DNA of 64,000 nt from Longimicrobiales bacterium (lineage in GTDB: Bacteria > Gemmatimonadota > Gemmatimonadetes > Longimicrobiales > Gaopeijiaceae): the NCBI GenBank assembly GCA_965116905.1, contig OZ220732.1, forward strand, positions 2,912,001 to 2,976,000. Reading direction: 5' to 3'. The translations under genes were made by a program, and so were the position numbers. This document shows, one piece after another, positions 28,643 to 38,325 of the stretch; within the stretch, counting starts at the first letter, position 1; each line of letters opens with the position of its first letter. Below the pieces are notes generated by a model. The model had not been told where the DNA came from and searched no databases. It saw only the letters and a program-made list of their open reading frames with translations.

Positions 28643-29320
28643 GTGGCCTATACGCTCCAATGGGGGCAGGTCGTCGGCTTCACGGGCTACCTGATCGGGG
28701 GAGCCTGGCTCGCGCTCCAGATTGCGTTTCTCGCCTTCGTCGGGGGCCTCACCATCGCCACCGTCAATGCGACCGTCCTGTCCTACAGCAGGAACCGGCC
28801 GTTGCGCGCCGCGGTGCGCGGCTACGTCGCCTTCTTCATGAACACCCCTGTCCTGGTACAGATCTTCTTCCTGTTCTTTGCTCTGCCCGAAATGGGCGTG
28901 TTCCTGTCTTCCTACCAGGCCGTGCTGCTGGGGTTGACGCTCAACGTCAGCGGGTATCTGACGGAAACGTTGCGTGCCGGCTTCCAGTCCGTACGCAGGT
29001 CGGAGATCGAGGCGGCGGAAGCGCTCGGCATGGGCGTTGCACAAATGACGTGGTACGTCATTCTGCCCCACGTCGTCCGAGTGCTCTATCCCCCGTTGAC
29101 CAACCAGTACATCCTGCTGACGATGACGACGTCCATCGCGTCGATCTTCGGTCTCGAGGAGCTCACCGGCCGGGCCTACAACGTCAGCGCCGAGACCTTC
29201 CGCTCATTCGAGGTCTTCTCATTGTCGGCCGTCTTCTACGTGGTGTTGACCTTCGTCGCCAGCGCCGTGCTGTGGCTCATCGGACGCCAACTCTTCCGCG
29301 TCAAGGCGAGGTTCGTCTGA
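28643..29320 (+). CDS. Amino-acid ABC transporter permease
   Basis: NTPVLVQIFF, ETLRAG..EAAEALGM EAA motif. Confidence 0.9.
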   Translation: MAYTLQWGQVVGFTGYLIGGAWLALQIAFLAFVGGLTIATVNATVLSYSRNRPLRAAVRGYVAFFMNTPVLVQIFFLFFALPEMGVFLSSYQAVLLGLTLNVSGYLTETLRAGFQSVRRSEIEAAEALGMGVAQMTWYVILPHVVRVLYPPLTNQYILLTMTTSIASIFGLEELTGRAYNVSAETFRSFEVFSLSAVFYVVLTFVASAVLWLIGRQLFRVKARFV

Positions 29321-30048
29321 TGGATGGGTCCCTCCTGGAGCAGCTGCCCCTCTTCCTGTCGTATGCCAATGTGTCGTTTCTGGCCCGGGCCTTTGGCACG
29401 ACCGTGGCCCTGTCGATTGTCGGCTCCGTCGTCGGGTACACCGTCGGCGCGCTGCTCGCCTTCATTCGCAACCGCCATGTGGTCGACGTGTTGCCCGCGC
29501 GCTTCCTTTCCGTCGGGTTCAGCGAGACCTTCCGGCGGGTTCCGTTCCTGGTCAAGCTGATGGTGGTCTTTTTCGCTTTCGAGGTCGTCGGGATGAGGGT
29601 CTCGATGTTCACCGTCACTGCGACCACGGTTGCGCTGGCCGCGGCCGCCTTCTCGGCGGAGATCATGCGCGCGGGGCTCGAGGCATTGCCCGAGAGTCAG
29701 TGGGACGCGGCGGAATCCATGAACATGGGGGGCGTCACGAGCCTCAGACTCTGGGCGTTGCCACAGTCGTGGAAGGTCATTCTGCCGCCGTCGCTGAGCT
29801 TTACGGTCGGCCTCATCAAGTCGACGTCGATCGCCTCGCAGATCTCCGTCTTCGAGTTGACCTACGCGGCGAAGGTCCTCAACGAGAGAGGGTTCTCGCC
29901 CGTCCTGAGCTTCGGATCCCTGCTCGTCCTATACTTCATCATCTGCTACCCGCTCAACCTCTACGCACGAAGGCTCGAGAGGCAGCTGGAGCGACCTCGT
30001 GGCTGGAAGCCGGGCGCCCCGCTGCTGGCCGAGTCCGGGGCTGCATGA
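29320..30048 (+). CDS. Amino-acid ABC transporter permease
   Basis: RVPFLV, AEIMRAG..QWDAAES, IKSTSIAS. Confidence 0.9.
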   Translation: MDGSLLEQLPLFLSYANVSFLARAFGTTVALSIVGSVVGYTVGALLAFIRNRHVVDVLPARFLSVGFSETFRRVPFLVKLMVVFFAFEVVGMRVSMFTVTATTVALAAAAFSAEIMRAGLEALPESQWDAAESMNMGGVTSLRLWALPQSWKVILPPSLSFTVGLIKSTSIASQISVFELTYAAKVLNERGFSPVLSFGSLLVLYFIICYPLNLYARRLERQLERPRGWKPGAPLLAESGAA

Positions 30049-30079
30049 CCGCGACCGACCACTCCAACCGACCCGAAAG

Positions 30080-31012
30080 ATGACGACATCGACGAGTCCC
30101 GGGATGCATTATCTGCGAGGTGCGATCGACTGCCATACGCATGTCTGCCCGCACATCAACGGCCGGTCGATCAACGTGTTCGAGGCGACACGACAGGCGG
30201 CCGCCGCCGGCATGCGGGCGATCGGCCTGATGGACAACTTCGGCAACAGCTCGGGGTTCGCCGCCCTGGCCATGGCCGAACTCGGGTCGCTGGGCGTCGA
30301 AGTGTTCGGCGGGATCATCATGCAGCCGATCGCCGGTGGCGTCACGGTCGAGGCCGCACGTACGGCGCTGGCCTACGGGTACGGACCGGGGACCGGCGCT
30401 CGGTTCGTCTCGCTGCCCACCCATCACACGCGCAATGTTGCCGAACTTGAGGGCCGAAGTCCTGCCTACATCGAGACGGCCTTCTCGGTGCCCCGGTCGG
30501 GCAAGGTGCCGGACGTGGTGCTCAGGATCATGGATCTGGTCGCCGAGGCCGATGCGGTCTTCGACTGCGGGCATGTGGCCGGGCACGAAGCGGTCGCGCT
30601 GGTCGAGGAAGGCAAGCGACGAGGTCTCGAACGACTGCGCACCCAGGCGGCACGCTATACCGAAGACGAGATCAAGGCCATCGTCGCCGCCGGTGCGTAC
30701 GCCGAGTTCTCGTTTTTCGTCCTGACGCATGCGACGCAGGTGGGGCTGACCCATGTGGACGAGGAGAAACACCGCTCGAGGGGCATGACCATCGACGAGA
30801 TGGCGCCCAGGATCCGGGCCGCGACCCCGCAGCGCGCCATTGTCTCGAGCGATGCGGGCGTCTTCCTGCTGCCGCCGCCGGTCGAGGCCTTTCGGGAGTT
30901 CATGTTGCTCCTGGAGAGCGCCGGTTTCAGCGAAGAGGAGATCCGCACGATGAACTCGACCAATCCTGGAGAGCTGTTCCGGATCCGTGCCGGCCCGGTC
31001 CAGTCGGTCTGA
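30080..31012 (+). CDS. Amidohydrolase-superfamily (TIM-barrel metallohydrolase, DUF6282-like) protein
   Basis: GAIDCHTHVCP, A..AGMRAI, VFGGI, LPT, CGH, SSDAG, NP..L. Confidence 0.65.
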   Translation: MTTSTSPGMHYLRGAIDCHTHVCPHINGRSINVFEATRQAAAAGMRAIGLMDNFGNSSGFAALAMAELGSLGVEVFGGIIMQPIAGGVTVEAARTALAYGYGPGTGARFVSLPTHHTRNVAELEGRSPAYIETAFSVPRSGKVPDVVLRIMDLVAEADAVFDCGHVAGHEAVALVEEGKRRGLERLRTQAARYTEDEIKAIVAAGAYAEFSFFVLTHATQVGLTHVDEEKHRSRGMTIDEMAPRIRAATPQRAIVSSDAGVFLLPPPVEAFREFMLLLESAGFSEEEIRTMNSTNPGELFRIRAGPVQSV

Positions 31013-31752
31013 TGCATCACCTGGAAATCGATCGCCTCTCGGCGAGCTACGACGGGAAGGAACATGTCCTCGTCGACGTCAGCCTTCAGGTCGCGAAGGG
31101 AGAGATCATCAGCCTGATCGGCCCTTCGGGCTCGGGGAAGAGTTCGTTGTTGAGGAGCCTCATGGGGCTCCTGGTGCCCAAGTCCGGCGAGGTGATGCTG
31201 GACGGGGAGAAGGTCGACTATGCGAGCAGGAAGAGCGTGAAGGCGCTCCGGGAGCGGCTGGCGATCGTGTTTCAGCAGTACAACCTGTTTCAGAACATGG
31301 ATGTGCTGCGCAATGTGACCGTCGCACCGGTCAAGGTCCGCAAGCGCAACGCCCGAGAGGTCGAGGAGGAAGCCACCGCCCTGCTCCGGAAGGTGGGTCT
31401 CGGCGACAAGCTGCACGCGTATCCTGACGAGCTGTCAGGCGGCCAGCAGCAACGGGTGGCGATCGCTCGGGCCCTGGCGCTCAAGCCGGACATCCTGCTG
31501 CTGGACGAGGTGACGTCGGCGCTCGACCCCGAACTGGTCAGTGAGGTGCTCGACGCGATCCGCATCCTGGCCGCCGACGGGATGACCATGCTGATGGTCT
31601 CTCACGAGATGGCGCTGGTCCGCGAGATCTCCACAAGGGTCGTCATGATGGACCGAGGCCGTGTGATCGAGGAAGGCACTGCGGACCGGATCTTCGACAA
31701 CCCTCGGACGCGACGGTGCCAGGCGTTCGTGGGCAAGATTCTCAGCCACTGA
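31012..31752 (+). CDS. Amino-acid ABC transporter ATP-binding protein (GlnQ-like)
   Basis: GPSGSGKS, VFQQYNLF, LSGGQQQRVAIARAL, LLDEVTSALDPE, SHEM. Confidence 0.94.
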   Translation: MHHLEIDRLSASYDGKEHVLVDVSLQVAKGEIISLIGPSGSGKSSLLRSLMGLLVPKSGEVMLDGEKVDYASRKSVKALRERLAIVFQQYNLFQNMDVLRNVTVAPVKVRKRNAREVEEEATALLRKVGLGDKLHAYPDELSGGQQQRVAIARALALKPDILLLDEVTSALDPELVSEVLDAIRILAADGMTMLMVSHEMALVREISTRVVMMDRGRVIEEGTADRIFDNPRTRRCQAFVGKILSH

Positions 31753-31805
31753 GGTGCCGTACAGCCAGAACAACATCGAGCGGCGGATTCGTGTAAGTTC
31801 AGGCA

Positions 31806-31879
<74 letters not shown>

Positions 31880-31888
31880 TTTCCGCCG

Positions 31889-34800
31889 TTACGGCAGGGT
31901 TGCTTCGGCCGGATCCCCCAACCCCCTCCCCTTCCACAGGTAGAACGCCACGGGAAACAACACCAGTACGACCATCCCCGACGTCACTACCCCGCCCATC
32001 AGCGGCGCCGCGATCCGCTTCATCACATCGGCCCCCGCGCCCGCGCTCCACATGATCGGAAGCAGCCCGACCACATCGGTCGCGATCGTCATCATGATGG
32101 GGCGGACGCGCTGGACCGACCCGCGCCGGATCGCCTGCATCAGCGCGGCCCGGTCGGTGAGCAGCCCACGCTCACGATAGTCGTTGACGGACCCGTTCAG
32201 GTAGAGGAGGAAGACGATCGCGGTCTCGGCGTAGAGTCCGGCCAGCGCGATGATCCCTACCCACACCGCGATGCTCAGGTCGTAGCCCAGGATGTGGAGG
32301 AACCAGAACGAGCCGGCGACCGCGAAGGGGACGCCCAGCAGGACAAGGAAGGTCTCCGTTACGGAGCGGGTGGTCAGGTAGATGAGGACGAAGATCAGGA
32401 GCAGGGTGAGGGGGATGACGTACAGCAGCCGCTGCTGCGCGCGCTCCAGGTACTCGTACTGTCCGCTCCACGAGAGCGTGTAGCCGGGCGGCAGCGCGAC
32501 ACCCTCCGCCACCGCCTCCCTCGCACCCTCCACATAACTTCCGACGTCGATGTCGCGAACGTCGATGTACACCCACGCGTTCGGCTTCGCCCCTTCGCTC
32601 TTGATGCTCGGGGGGCCGACCACGTACTCCATGCCCGCCAGCCGCCCCAGCGGCACCTGGTGTCCCTCCGCCGTGGCCACCAGCACCGACCTCAGCGCGG
32701 GAAGATCGTCGCGCAGCTCGCGGCTGTAGCGCAGGTTGACGGGGTAGCGCTCGAGCCCCTCGATAGTGGTCGTCACGTTCATCCCCCCGATCGCCGTCCG
32801 GATGACCTCCTGCACGTCGCGCACCGTCAGGCCGTGCCGCGCGATGGCGTCCCGGTCGATCGCGAAGTCGAGGTAGTTGCCGCCCATCACCCGGTCCGCG
32901 TACACGCTGGCGGTTCCGGGAACGTCCCGCACGACGGCCTCCACCTCGCGCCCCAGCCGCTCCAGCACCACCAGGTCCGGCCCCGCGATCTTGATCCCCA
33001 CCGGCGTGCGGATCCCGGTCGAGAGCATGTCGATCCGGCTCCGGATCGGCATCGTCCACGCGTTCGTCAGGCCCGGGATGCGGAGCGCCGCGTCCAGCTC
33101 GTCGATCAGCCTCTCGGGGGTCATCCCGTCCCGCCACTCGCTGCGCGGCTTGAGCGCGATCGTCGTCTCGATCATCGACAGCGGCGCGGGATCGGTCGCC
33201 GAGTCCGCCCGCCCCACCTTCCCGAACACGTGCCTCACCTCGGGGAATGTGTAGATGATGCGGTCCGTCTGCTGCAGGATCTCGCGCGCCTCGGTGATCG
33301 ACACACCCGGGAGCGTCGTGGGCATGTAGAGCAGGTCGCCCTCCCAGAGCGGCGGCATGAACTCGGACCCGAGGCGCGATAGCGGCACCACCGTCGCTCC
33401 CAGCCCCAGCACCGCACCCACCATCACCCACCGGCGCCGCTTCAGCACGAATCCCAGGACCGGCCAGTACGCCCCGCCCAACAACTTCCCCACCGGCGTC
33501 TCCGTCGCGGGCCGTATCCTCCCCCGCACCCAGTACCCCACCAGCACCGGCACCAGCGTCACCGAAAGCAGCGCCGCCGCCGCCATCGCATACGTCTTCG
33601 TGAACGCGAGCGGTTTGAAGAGCCTCCCCTCCTGCGCCTCCAGCGTGAACACGGGCATGAACGACACCGTGATCACCAGCAGCGCAAAGAACAGTGACGG
33701 GCCCACCTCCCGCGCCGCGTTCGCGATGATCTCCCAGTGCGGCCTGCGCCCCCCGTACCGCGCCAGGTGCTTGTGCGCGTTCTCGACCATCACGATCCCC
33801 GCGTCGACCATCGTCCCGATCGCGACCGCGATCCCGCCGAGCGACATGATGTTGAGCGTCAGACCCTGCAGGTGCACCACGATCATCGCCAGCAGGATCC
33901 CCACCGGCAGCGCGATCACGGCCACCAGCCCGCTCCGCAGGTGGAACAGGAAGACCAGGCACACCAGTCCCACGATCAGCAGTTGCTGCGCGAGGCTCAT
34001 GCGGATGCTCCCCACCGCGCGGTCGATCAGCGAGGTGCGGTCGTACGCGACCTCGAGCTCGACGCCCTCCGGCAGTCCCGGCGCGATCTCGTCCAGCCGG
34101 GCCCGCACGTCGCGGATCACGCGCCGGGTATCCGCCCCCGGGCGCACGACGACAATCCCTCCCACCGTCTCCCCTTCCCCGTTCCACTCCGCCAGCCCCC
34201 GCCGCCCCTCCGGCCCCAGGCTCACGCGGGCCACGTCCTCCAGCAGAATCGGCGTCCCGTCCGGCCCCACACCAAGCCCGATCCGGCGGATGTCGTCCAC
34301 TGACCGGATGTACCCCAGCCCCCGGATCATGAACTCCTTTTCGGCCACCTCGATCAGCCCTCCGCCCACGTCGCTGTTGCTCTCCTGAATCGCGGTCCGG
34401 ATCGCCGAAATCGGCAGGTCGAAGGCGCGCAGCCGGTTCGGATCGACCGTCACCTGGTACTGCCGCACGAACCCCCCGACGCTCGCCACCTCGGACACCC
34501 CGGGCACCGCCGTCAGCTCGTACTTGAGGAACCAGTCCTGGATCGAGCGCAGTTCGCCCAGGTCGTGGCGGTCGGACCGGAGCGCGTACATGAACGCCCA
34601 CCCCACACCCGTCGCGTCGGGTCCCAGTTCGGGGGTCACACCGGGCGGCAGCTGGCCCGCGATCGAGTTCAGGTATTCGAGAACGCGGCTGCGTGCCCAG
34701 TAGAGGTCGGTCCCGTCCTCGAAGATGACGTATACGAACGACACGCCGAAGAACGAATAGCCGCGCACCACCTGGGCGAAGGGCGCCGCGAGCATCTGGG

Positions 34801-35011
34801 TGGTGAGGGGATAGGTGACCTGGTCTTCGACGATGCGCGGGGCCTGGCCCGGATACTCCGTCTGGATGATGACCTGGACGTCGGAGAGGTCAGGGATCGC
34901 ATCGATGGGCGTGCGGGTCAGCGAGAAGGTGCCCGCGGCCACGATGAAGACGGTGCCGAGGATGACGAGGAGCCGGTTGCGGACCGACCAGTCGATGATG
35001 TGCGCGAACAT
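31889..35011 (-). CDS. cusA: CusA/CzcA-family heavy-metal efflux RND permease
   Basis: IDAIPDLSDVQV, LGPDATGVGW, EGDLLYMP, DPAPLSMIET, RIDMLSTG (Met-rich, Cu/Ag-type), RVRPIMMT. Confidence 0.93.
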   Translation of the reverse strand: MFAHIIDWSVRNRLLVILGTVFIVAAGTFSLTRTPIDAIPDLSDVQVIIQTEYPGQAPRIVEDQVTYPLTTQMLAAPFAQVVRGYSFFGVSFVYVIFEDGTDLYWARSRVLEYLNSIAGQLPPGVTPELGPDATGVGWAFMYALRSDRHDLGELRSIQDWFLKYELTAVPGVSEVASVGGFVRQYQVTVDPNRLRAFDLPISAIRTAIQESNSDVGGGLIEVAEKEFMIRGLGYIRSVDDIRRIGLGVGPDGTPILLEDVARVSLGPEGRRGLAEWNGEGETVGGIVVVRPGADTRRVIRDVRARLDEIAPGLPEGVELEVAYDRTSLIDRAVGSIRMSLAQQLLIVGLVCLVFLFHLRSGLVAVIALPVGILLAMIVVHLQGLTLNIMSLGGIAVAIGTMVDAGIVMVENAHKHLARYGGRRPHWEIIANAAREVGPSLFFALLVITVSFMPVFTLEAQEGRLFKPLAFTKTYAMAAAALLSVTLVPVLVGYWVRGRIRPATETPVGKLLGGAYWPVLGFVLKRRRWVMVGAVLGLGATVVPLSRLGSEFMPPLWEGDLLYMPTTLPGVSITEAREILQQTDRIIYTFPEVRHVFGKVGRADSATDPAPLSMIETTIALKPRSEWRDGMTPERLIDELDAALRIPGLTNAWTMPIRSRIDMLSTGIRTPVGIKIAGPDLVVLERLGREVEAVVRDVPGTASVYADRVMGGNYLDFAIDRDAIARHGLTVRDVQEVIRTAIGGMNVTTTIEGLERYPVNLRYSRELRDDLPALRSVLVATAEGHQVPLGRLAGMEYVVGPPSIKSEGAKPNAWVYIDVRDIDVGSYVEGAREAVAEGVALPPGYTLSWSGQYEYLERAQQRLLYVIPLTLLLIFVLIYLTTRSVTETFLVLLGVPFAVAGSFWFLHILGYDLSIAVWVGIIALAGLYAETAIVFLLYLNGSVNDYRERGLLTDRAALMQAIRRGSVQRVRPIMMTIATDVVGLLPIMWSAGAGADVMKRIAAPLMGGVVTSGMVVLVLFPVAFYLWKGRGLGDPAEATLP

Positions 35012-35024
35012 GGACGGGCCTCCT

Positions 35025-36494
35025 TCAGTTGGGGTGCCGGCGGGCCCCCGCCGCCGCGGAATCGCCAGTCGCTGCGGAATCGCCGGCCGCCGCGGAGTCC
35101 CCGCCCATCGCCGGGCCCCCGGCGGGCATCGACTCATGGACCTGGGCCGGTTCCCCCTCTTCCGCACTGCCCGGCAATTGGGAGATCGCCGCCCGCAGAT
35201 TCGCATCGGAATCGATCAGGAATTGCGACGAGACCACGACTGTCTCACCCGCCGCGAGCCCCGATGCGATCTCCACCATCCCCTCGCTCTCGGTCCCGAG
35301 CACCACCTCGCGCGGCTCGAATACCCCACCCCCCTTCGCCACGATCACCACCGTGCGGGTCCCGCTGTGCAGCACCGCCTCGGCGGGCGTCATCACCACG
35401 TCGGGCGCCCCGGTCGTCCGCACGCCCACGTTCACGTACATCATGGGCCTGAGCACCAGATCGGGGTTGGCAACCTCGACGAATGCGGTCAGCGTCCTCG
35501 TCTGCGGGTTCACGGCCGGGCGGAAGAAGAGGATGCGACCGCGCCACTCGCGCCCGGGAAAGGCGTCCGCCTCGACGGCGACCGCCTGCCCTTCGCGCAC
35601 ATGCCGCAGATCGTCCTCGTAGAACTCGGTCTCGGCCCAGAGAGTGGAGTGGTCGGCGATCTTGAGGACCGTCATCCCGGGACTGAGCTTCGTCCCCTCC
35701 AGCGAGTCGCCGATCTTGTCGACGATGAAGCCGCTGGCCGGCGCGAAAACCGTGACCGTTCGCGTAACGTCACCCGACTCCGCGAGCGCGTCGATCTGCT
35801 CTCCGGTCATGTCCCAGTAGAGCAGCCGCTCACGCGACGCCTCGAGTAGCGACCGGGCCCGCTCGATCGCCTCCGGGTAGGCCCCGCCTTCGCCGAGCCG
35901 CTGCACATACTCCATCGCGCCCAGGAACTCCCGCTGCGTGGTGACCAGCTGCGGGCTGTAGATCTCGAAGAGCACATCGCCCCGGGTGACGGTCTCGCCG
36001 ACGTTGTTGACACTCGCACGCTCGATCCAGCCCTCGTACTTGGTCTGCACCGAGACGACCCGTTCCTCGTTGTGCGCCAGGATGCCGACGGTGCGGATGG
36101 AGACGGGAAGGGTGCCGCGGTGCACCATGGCGGTGCGGACCGCGAAGTTCTGCAGAAAGCTCGGGCTGACGCGGATACCGCCGTCGGCGGTGGCTTCGTC
36201 CGCGTACACCGGGACGAGATCCATTCCCATGGGTGACCTGCCCGGGCGGTCCGAGGTGTAGTTGGGGTCCATCGGGGCGCGCCAATACAGAATCTCGCGC
36301 TCGGCGGCAGCCTCTGTGGGCGGGTCGGCTTCACCGGGCATGGTCATGCCTTCGTGGTCTTCGGTGCCGTGTTCCGCGGCCATCCCCGGGGGTCCGCCCG
36401 CCTCGTCTTGCAGCAGCAGCGCCGTCACGCCCGCACCGACCGCAACTCCGATCGCCGCAAACAGGATCCTGTGGACATTCCTGGTGCCGTTCAT
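35025..36494 (-). CDS. cusB: CusB-like RND periplasmic adaptor with heavy-metal-binding domain
   Basis: YWRAPMDP..PGRSPMGMDLVP, IYSPQL..Q.E, LRPMMY, QFLIDS. Confidence 0.88.
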   Translation of the reverse strand: MNGTRNVHRILFAAIGVAVGAGVTALLLQDEAGGPPGMAAEHGTEDHEGMTMPGEADPPTEAAAEREILYWRAPMDPNYTSDRPGRSPMGMDLVPVYADEATADGGIRVSPSFLQNFAVRTAMVHRGTLPVSIRTVGILAHNEERVVSVQTKYEGWIERASVNNVGETVTRGDVLFEIYSPQLVTTQREFLGAMEYVQRLGEGGAYPEAIERARSLLEASRERLLYWDMTGEQIDALAESGDVTRTVTVFAPASGFIVDKIGDSLEGTKLSPGMTVLKIADHSTLWAETEFYEDDLRHVREGQAVAVEADAFPGREWRGRILFFRPAVNPQTRTLTAFVEVANPDLVLRPMMYVNVGVRTTGAPDVVMTPAEAVLHSGTRTVVIVAKGGGVFEPREVVLGTESEGMVEIASGLAAGETVVVSSQFLIDSDANLRAAISQLPGSAEEGEPAQVHESMPAGGPAMGGDSAAAGDSAATGDSAAAGARRHPN

Positions 36495-37813
36495 GATCCT
36501 TCCTCCTCCGGAAACGCCGAGCCGATGGCCCGTTCCATCTCCGCCAGTGCCTTCATGTAGTCGGCCCGCAGGCGCGCCAGGCCGAGGCGGACGTCCAGCA
36601 GCACCTCTTCGCTGTCCAGCAGCTCCAGCACCCCGGTCACACCGCCGGAATACGCCTCCTCGGTCGCGCGCAGCGCCTGTTCGGCCTGAGGCAGCAGGGC
36701 GCGTTCGAAGAGCGTCAGCTGCCCCTCGATCGTCGTGAGCCGGAACGCGGTCGACCGCACGGCAAGCGCCACACCGTTGGCCGCGTCGCGGTAGGCCTCT
36801 TCGGCGGCGGAGAATCGCGCGGCCGCCTCCCGCACGCCCGCGTCGTAACTGCCCTTGAAGACGGGAATGCTGGCCCCGAGCGTAAAGCTCCAGGTGTCGC
36901 GCCCGTTGTCCGGCGGTGGATTCTCCCGCCCCGGACCGTCCCGGCGGCCGAGCACATTGCCCCAGGCGACACCCACCGTCAGACCGGGGCGGTACCGCCG
37001 GCGCGCCAGGCTCACCCCGTGCTCGTCGCGCTCGATCCGCAGCCGCGCCGACCTCACTTCGGGCCGCTCACCGAGTCCCGTCGCGTGCAGCCTCTCGTCG
37101 TCGAGAGAGACCTCCGGCCGCTCGCCGATCGTCACCGGCGGGACCGGCGCAGTCACCGGCCGGTCCGCCAGCACATTCAGCAGGGCTTCGAAGTCGGTGC
37201 GCTGCCGAAGCAGATCCTGCCGCCGGTTCAGGACCCGGGTGACCTCGGCCTGAAGCTTGATGACCTCCTGCTGCTGCCCGAAGCCCTGCGAGTAGCGAGC
37301 CCGGGCCAGCGTCTCGTAGTGAAGCAGGAGTCCCTCTTCCTCACCCGTGATCCGGAGTGCTTCATCGAGGTACGCGAGGTCGTAGTAGGCCAGCTTCACC
37401 TGGCGGACAACTTCGGCGCGCTTTTCCTGGTACGACTCGCCCTGCATGGCCGACGCGGCCGACGCGATCGCCCGCCGGTCCGCCAGCGTGCCGAACCAGG
37501 GGAGCGACTGCGTGACTGCGACACTCGACAGCTGCGGGCCGACGCGGGTCTGGGGCCCGATGACGTGCTGGGTGAACGAAAGCACGGGATCCGGCAGGGT
37601 CGCCGCCTGCGCAGCGCGCGACTCGGCCGCCCGGGTCTCCAGCAGCGCGGCGCGCACGCGCGGATTGCCCTCGAGTGCCTCGCCGATGAGTGCGGCCAGC
37701 GTCGCGTCGCCGTGGGTGGCGTAGGGCGGCGACTGCGCCGCGGCTCGCGGTGGGGCGACGTATGCCGAAACGGCGATCGCGGAGGCGACCGCCATGGTTC
37801 GCTGTATTGACAT
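36491..37813 (-). CDS. TolC-family outer-membrane efflux protein
   Basis: LPDP, Q.LPWFG, VKLAYYDL, AY..G..LELLD; coupled to cusB. Confidence 0.88.
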   Translation of the reverse strand: MSIQRTMAVASAIAVSAYVAPPRAAAQSPPYATHGDATLAALIGEALEGNPRVRAALLETRAAESRAAQAATLPDPVLSFTQHVIGPQTRVGPQLSSVAVTQSLPWFGTLADRRAIASAASAMQGESYQEKRAEVVRQVKLAYYDLAYLDEALRITGEEEGLLLHYETLARARYSQGFGQQQEVIKLQAEVTRVLNRRQDLLRQRTDFEALLNVLADRPVTAPVPPVTIGERPEVSLDDERLHATGLGERPEVRSARLRIERDEHGVSLARRRYRPGLTVGVAWGNVLGRRDGPGRENPPPDNGRDTWSFTLGASIPVFKGSYDAGVREAAARFSAAEEAYRDAANGVALAVRSTAFRLTTIEGQLTLFERALLPQAEQALRATEEAYSGGVTGVLELLDSEEVLLDVRLGLARLRADYMKALAEMERAIGSAFPEEEGS

Positions 37814-37921
37814 GGTGTCCTCGCCATGGATGGGACACCCTCGGTGCGACCGTCTCCAACAAGGAGGGGCCGCCGGGGTGACCTTCAGGTGTGGGGTGCG
37901 CCCCGGGTGGGGCGCGGCAGA

Positions 37922-38251
37922 TCACACCGCGTGGCGGGGAGGGGGTGTCTCGACTGCCAGGTCGGCAGCGATGGGGGTGGGCGGGGTCGCGAAGGCCGCC
38001 CGGACGAGGACGGTGGGGATGCGGATCATGGTGGCCGGATGAGCGGGCCGGGGCGAGGCGATGCTGCAGGCCATGATCATCCGGCAGCCGTGGCCGCCAC
38101 CGTGGTCGGCGGGAGTCGTGCCGGCATGGGTCGCAACGTCGGCGTGACCAGCCGCCATCGCGACCGTGCTACCCCCCATGTCACAGTGCAAACCGGCCAC
38201 GTGGGACCACAAGAGGGCAACAAAGGCGACAAAGGCTACAGGGCGGCTCAT
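37922..38251 (-). CDS. Small exported His/Met/Cys-rich protein heading the metal-efflux operon
   Basis: Hydrophobic N-terminus, HCDM..H..H..HGGGHGCRMIMAC, C-terminal PPP. Confidence 0.65.
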   Translation of the reverse strand: MSRPVAFVAFVALLWSHVAGLHCDMGGSTVAMAAGHADVATHAGTTPADHGGGHGCRMIMACSIASPRPAHPATMIRIPTVLVRAAFATPPTPIAADLAVETPPPRHAV

Positions 38252-38325
38252 GGGTCAAAGTGGGCCAAAGGCCGGTCACGCGTCAACCTCCACCCGGAGA
38301 TTCTGGGCTCCGAGGAAGCCACCCA

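Noticed and set aside
22317..31752. Ectoine utilisation system (EutB-like + Ehu-like ABC transporter)
   Set aside because: The genes are divergent and separated, other eut/doe enzymes are absent, and the transporter cannot be assigned to Ehu from sequence alone.
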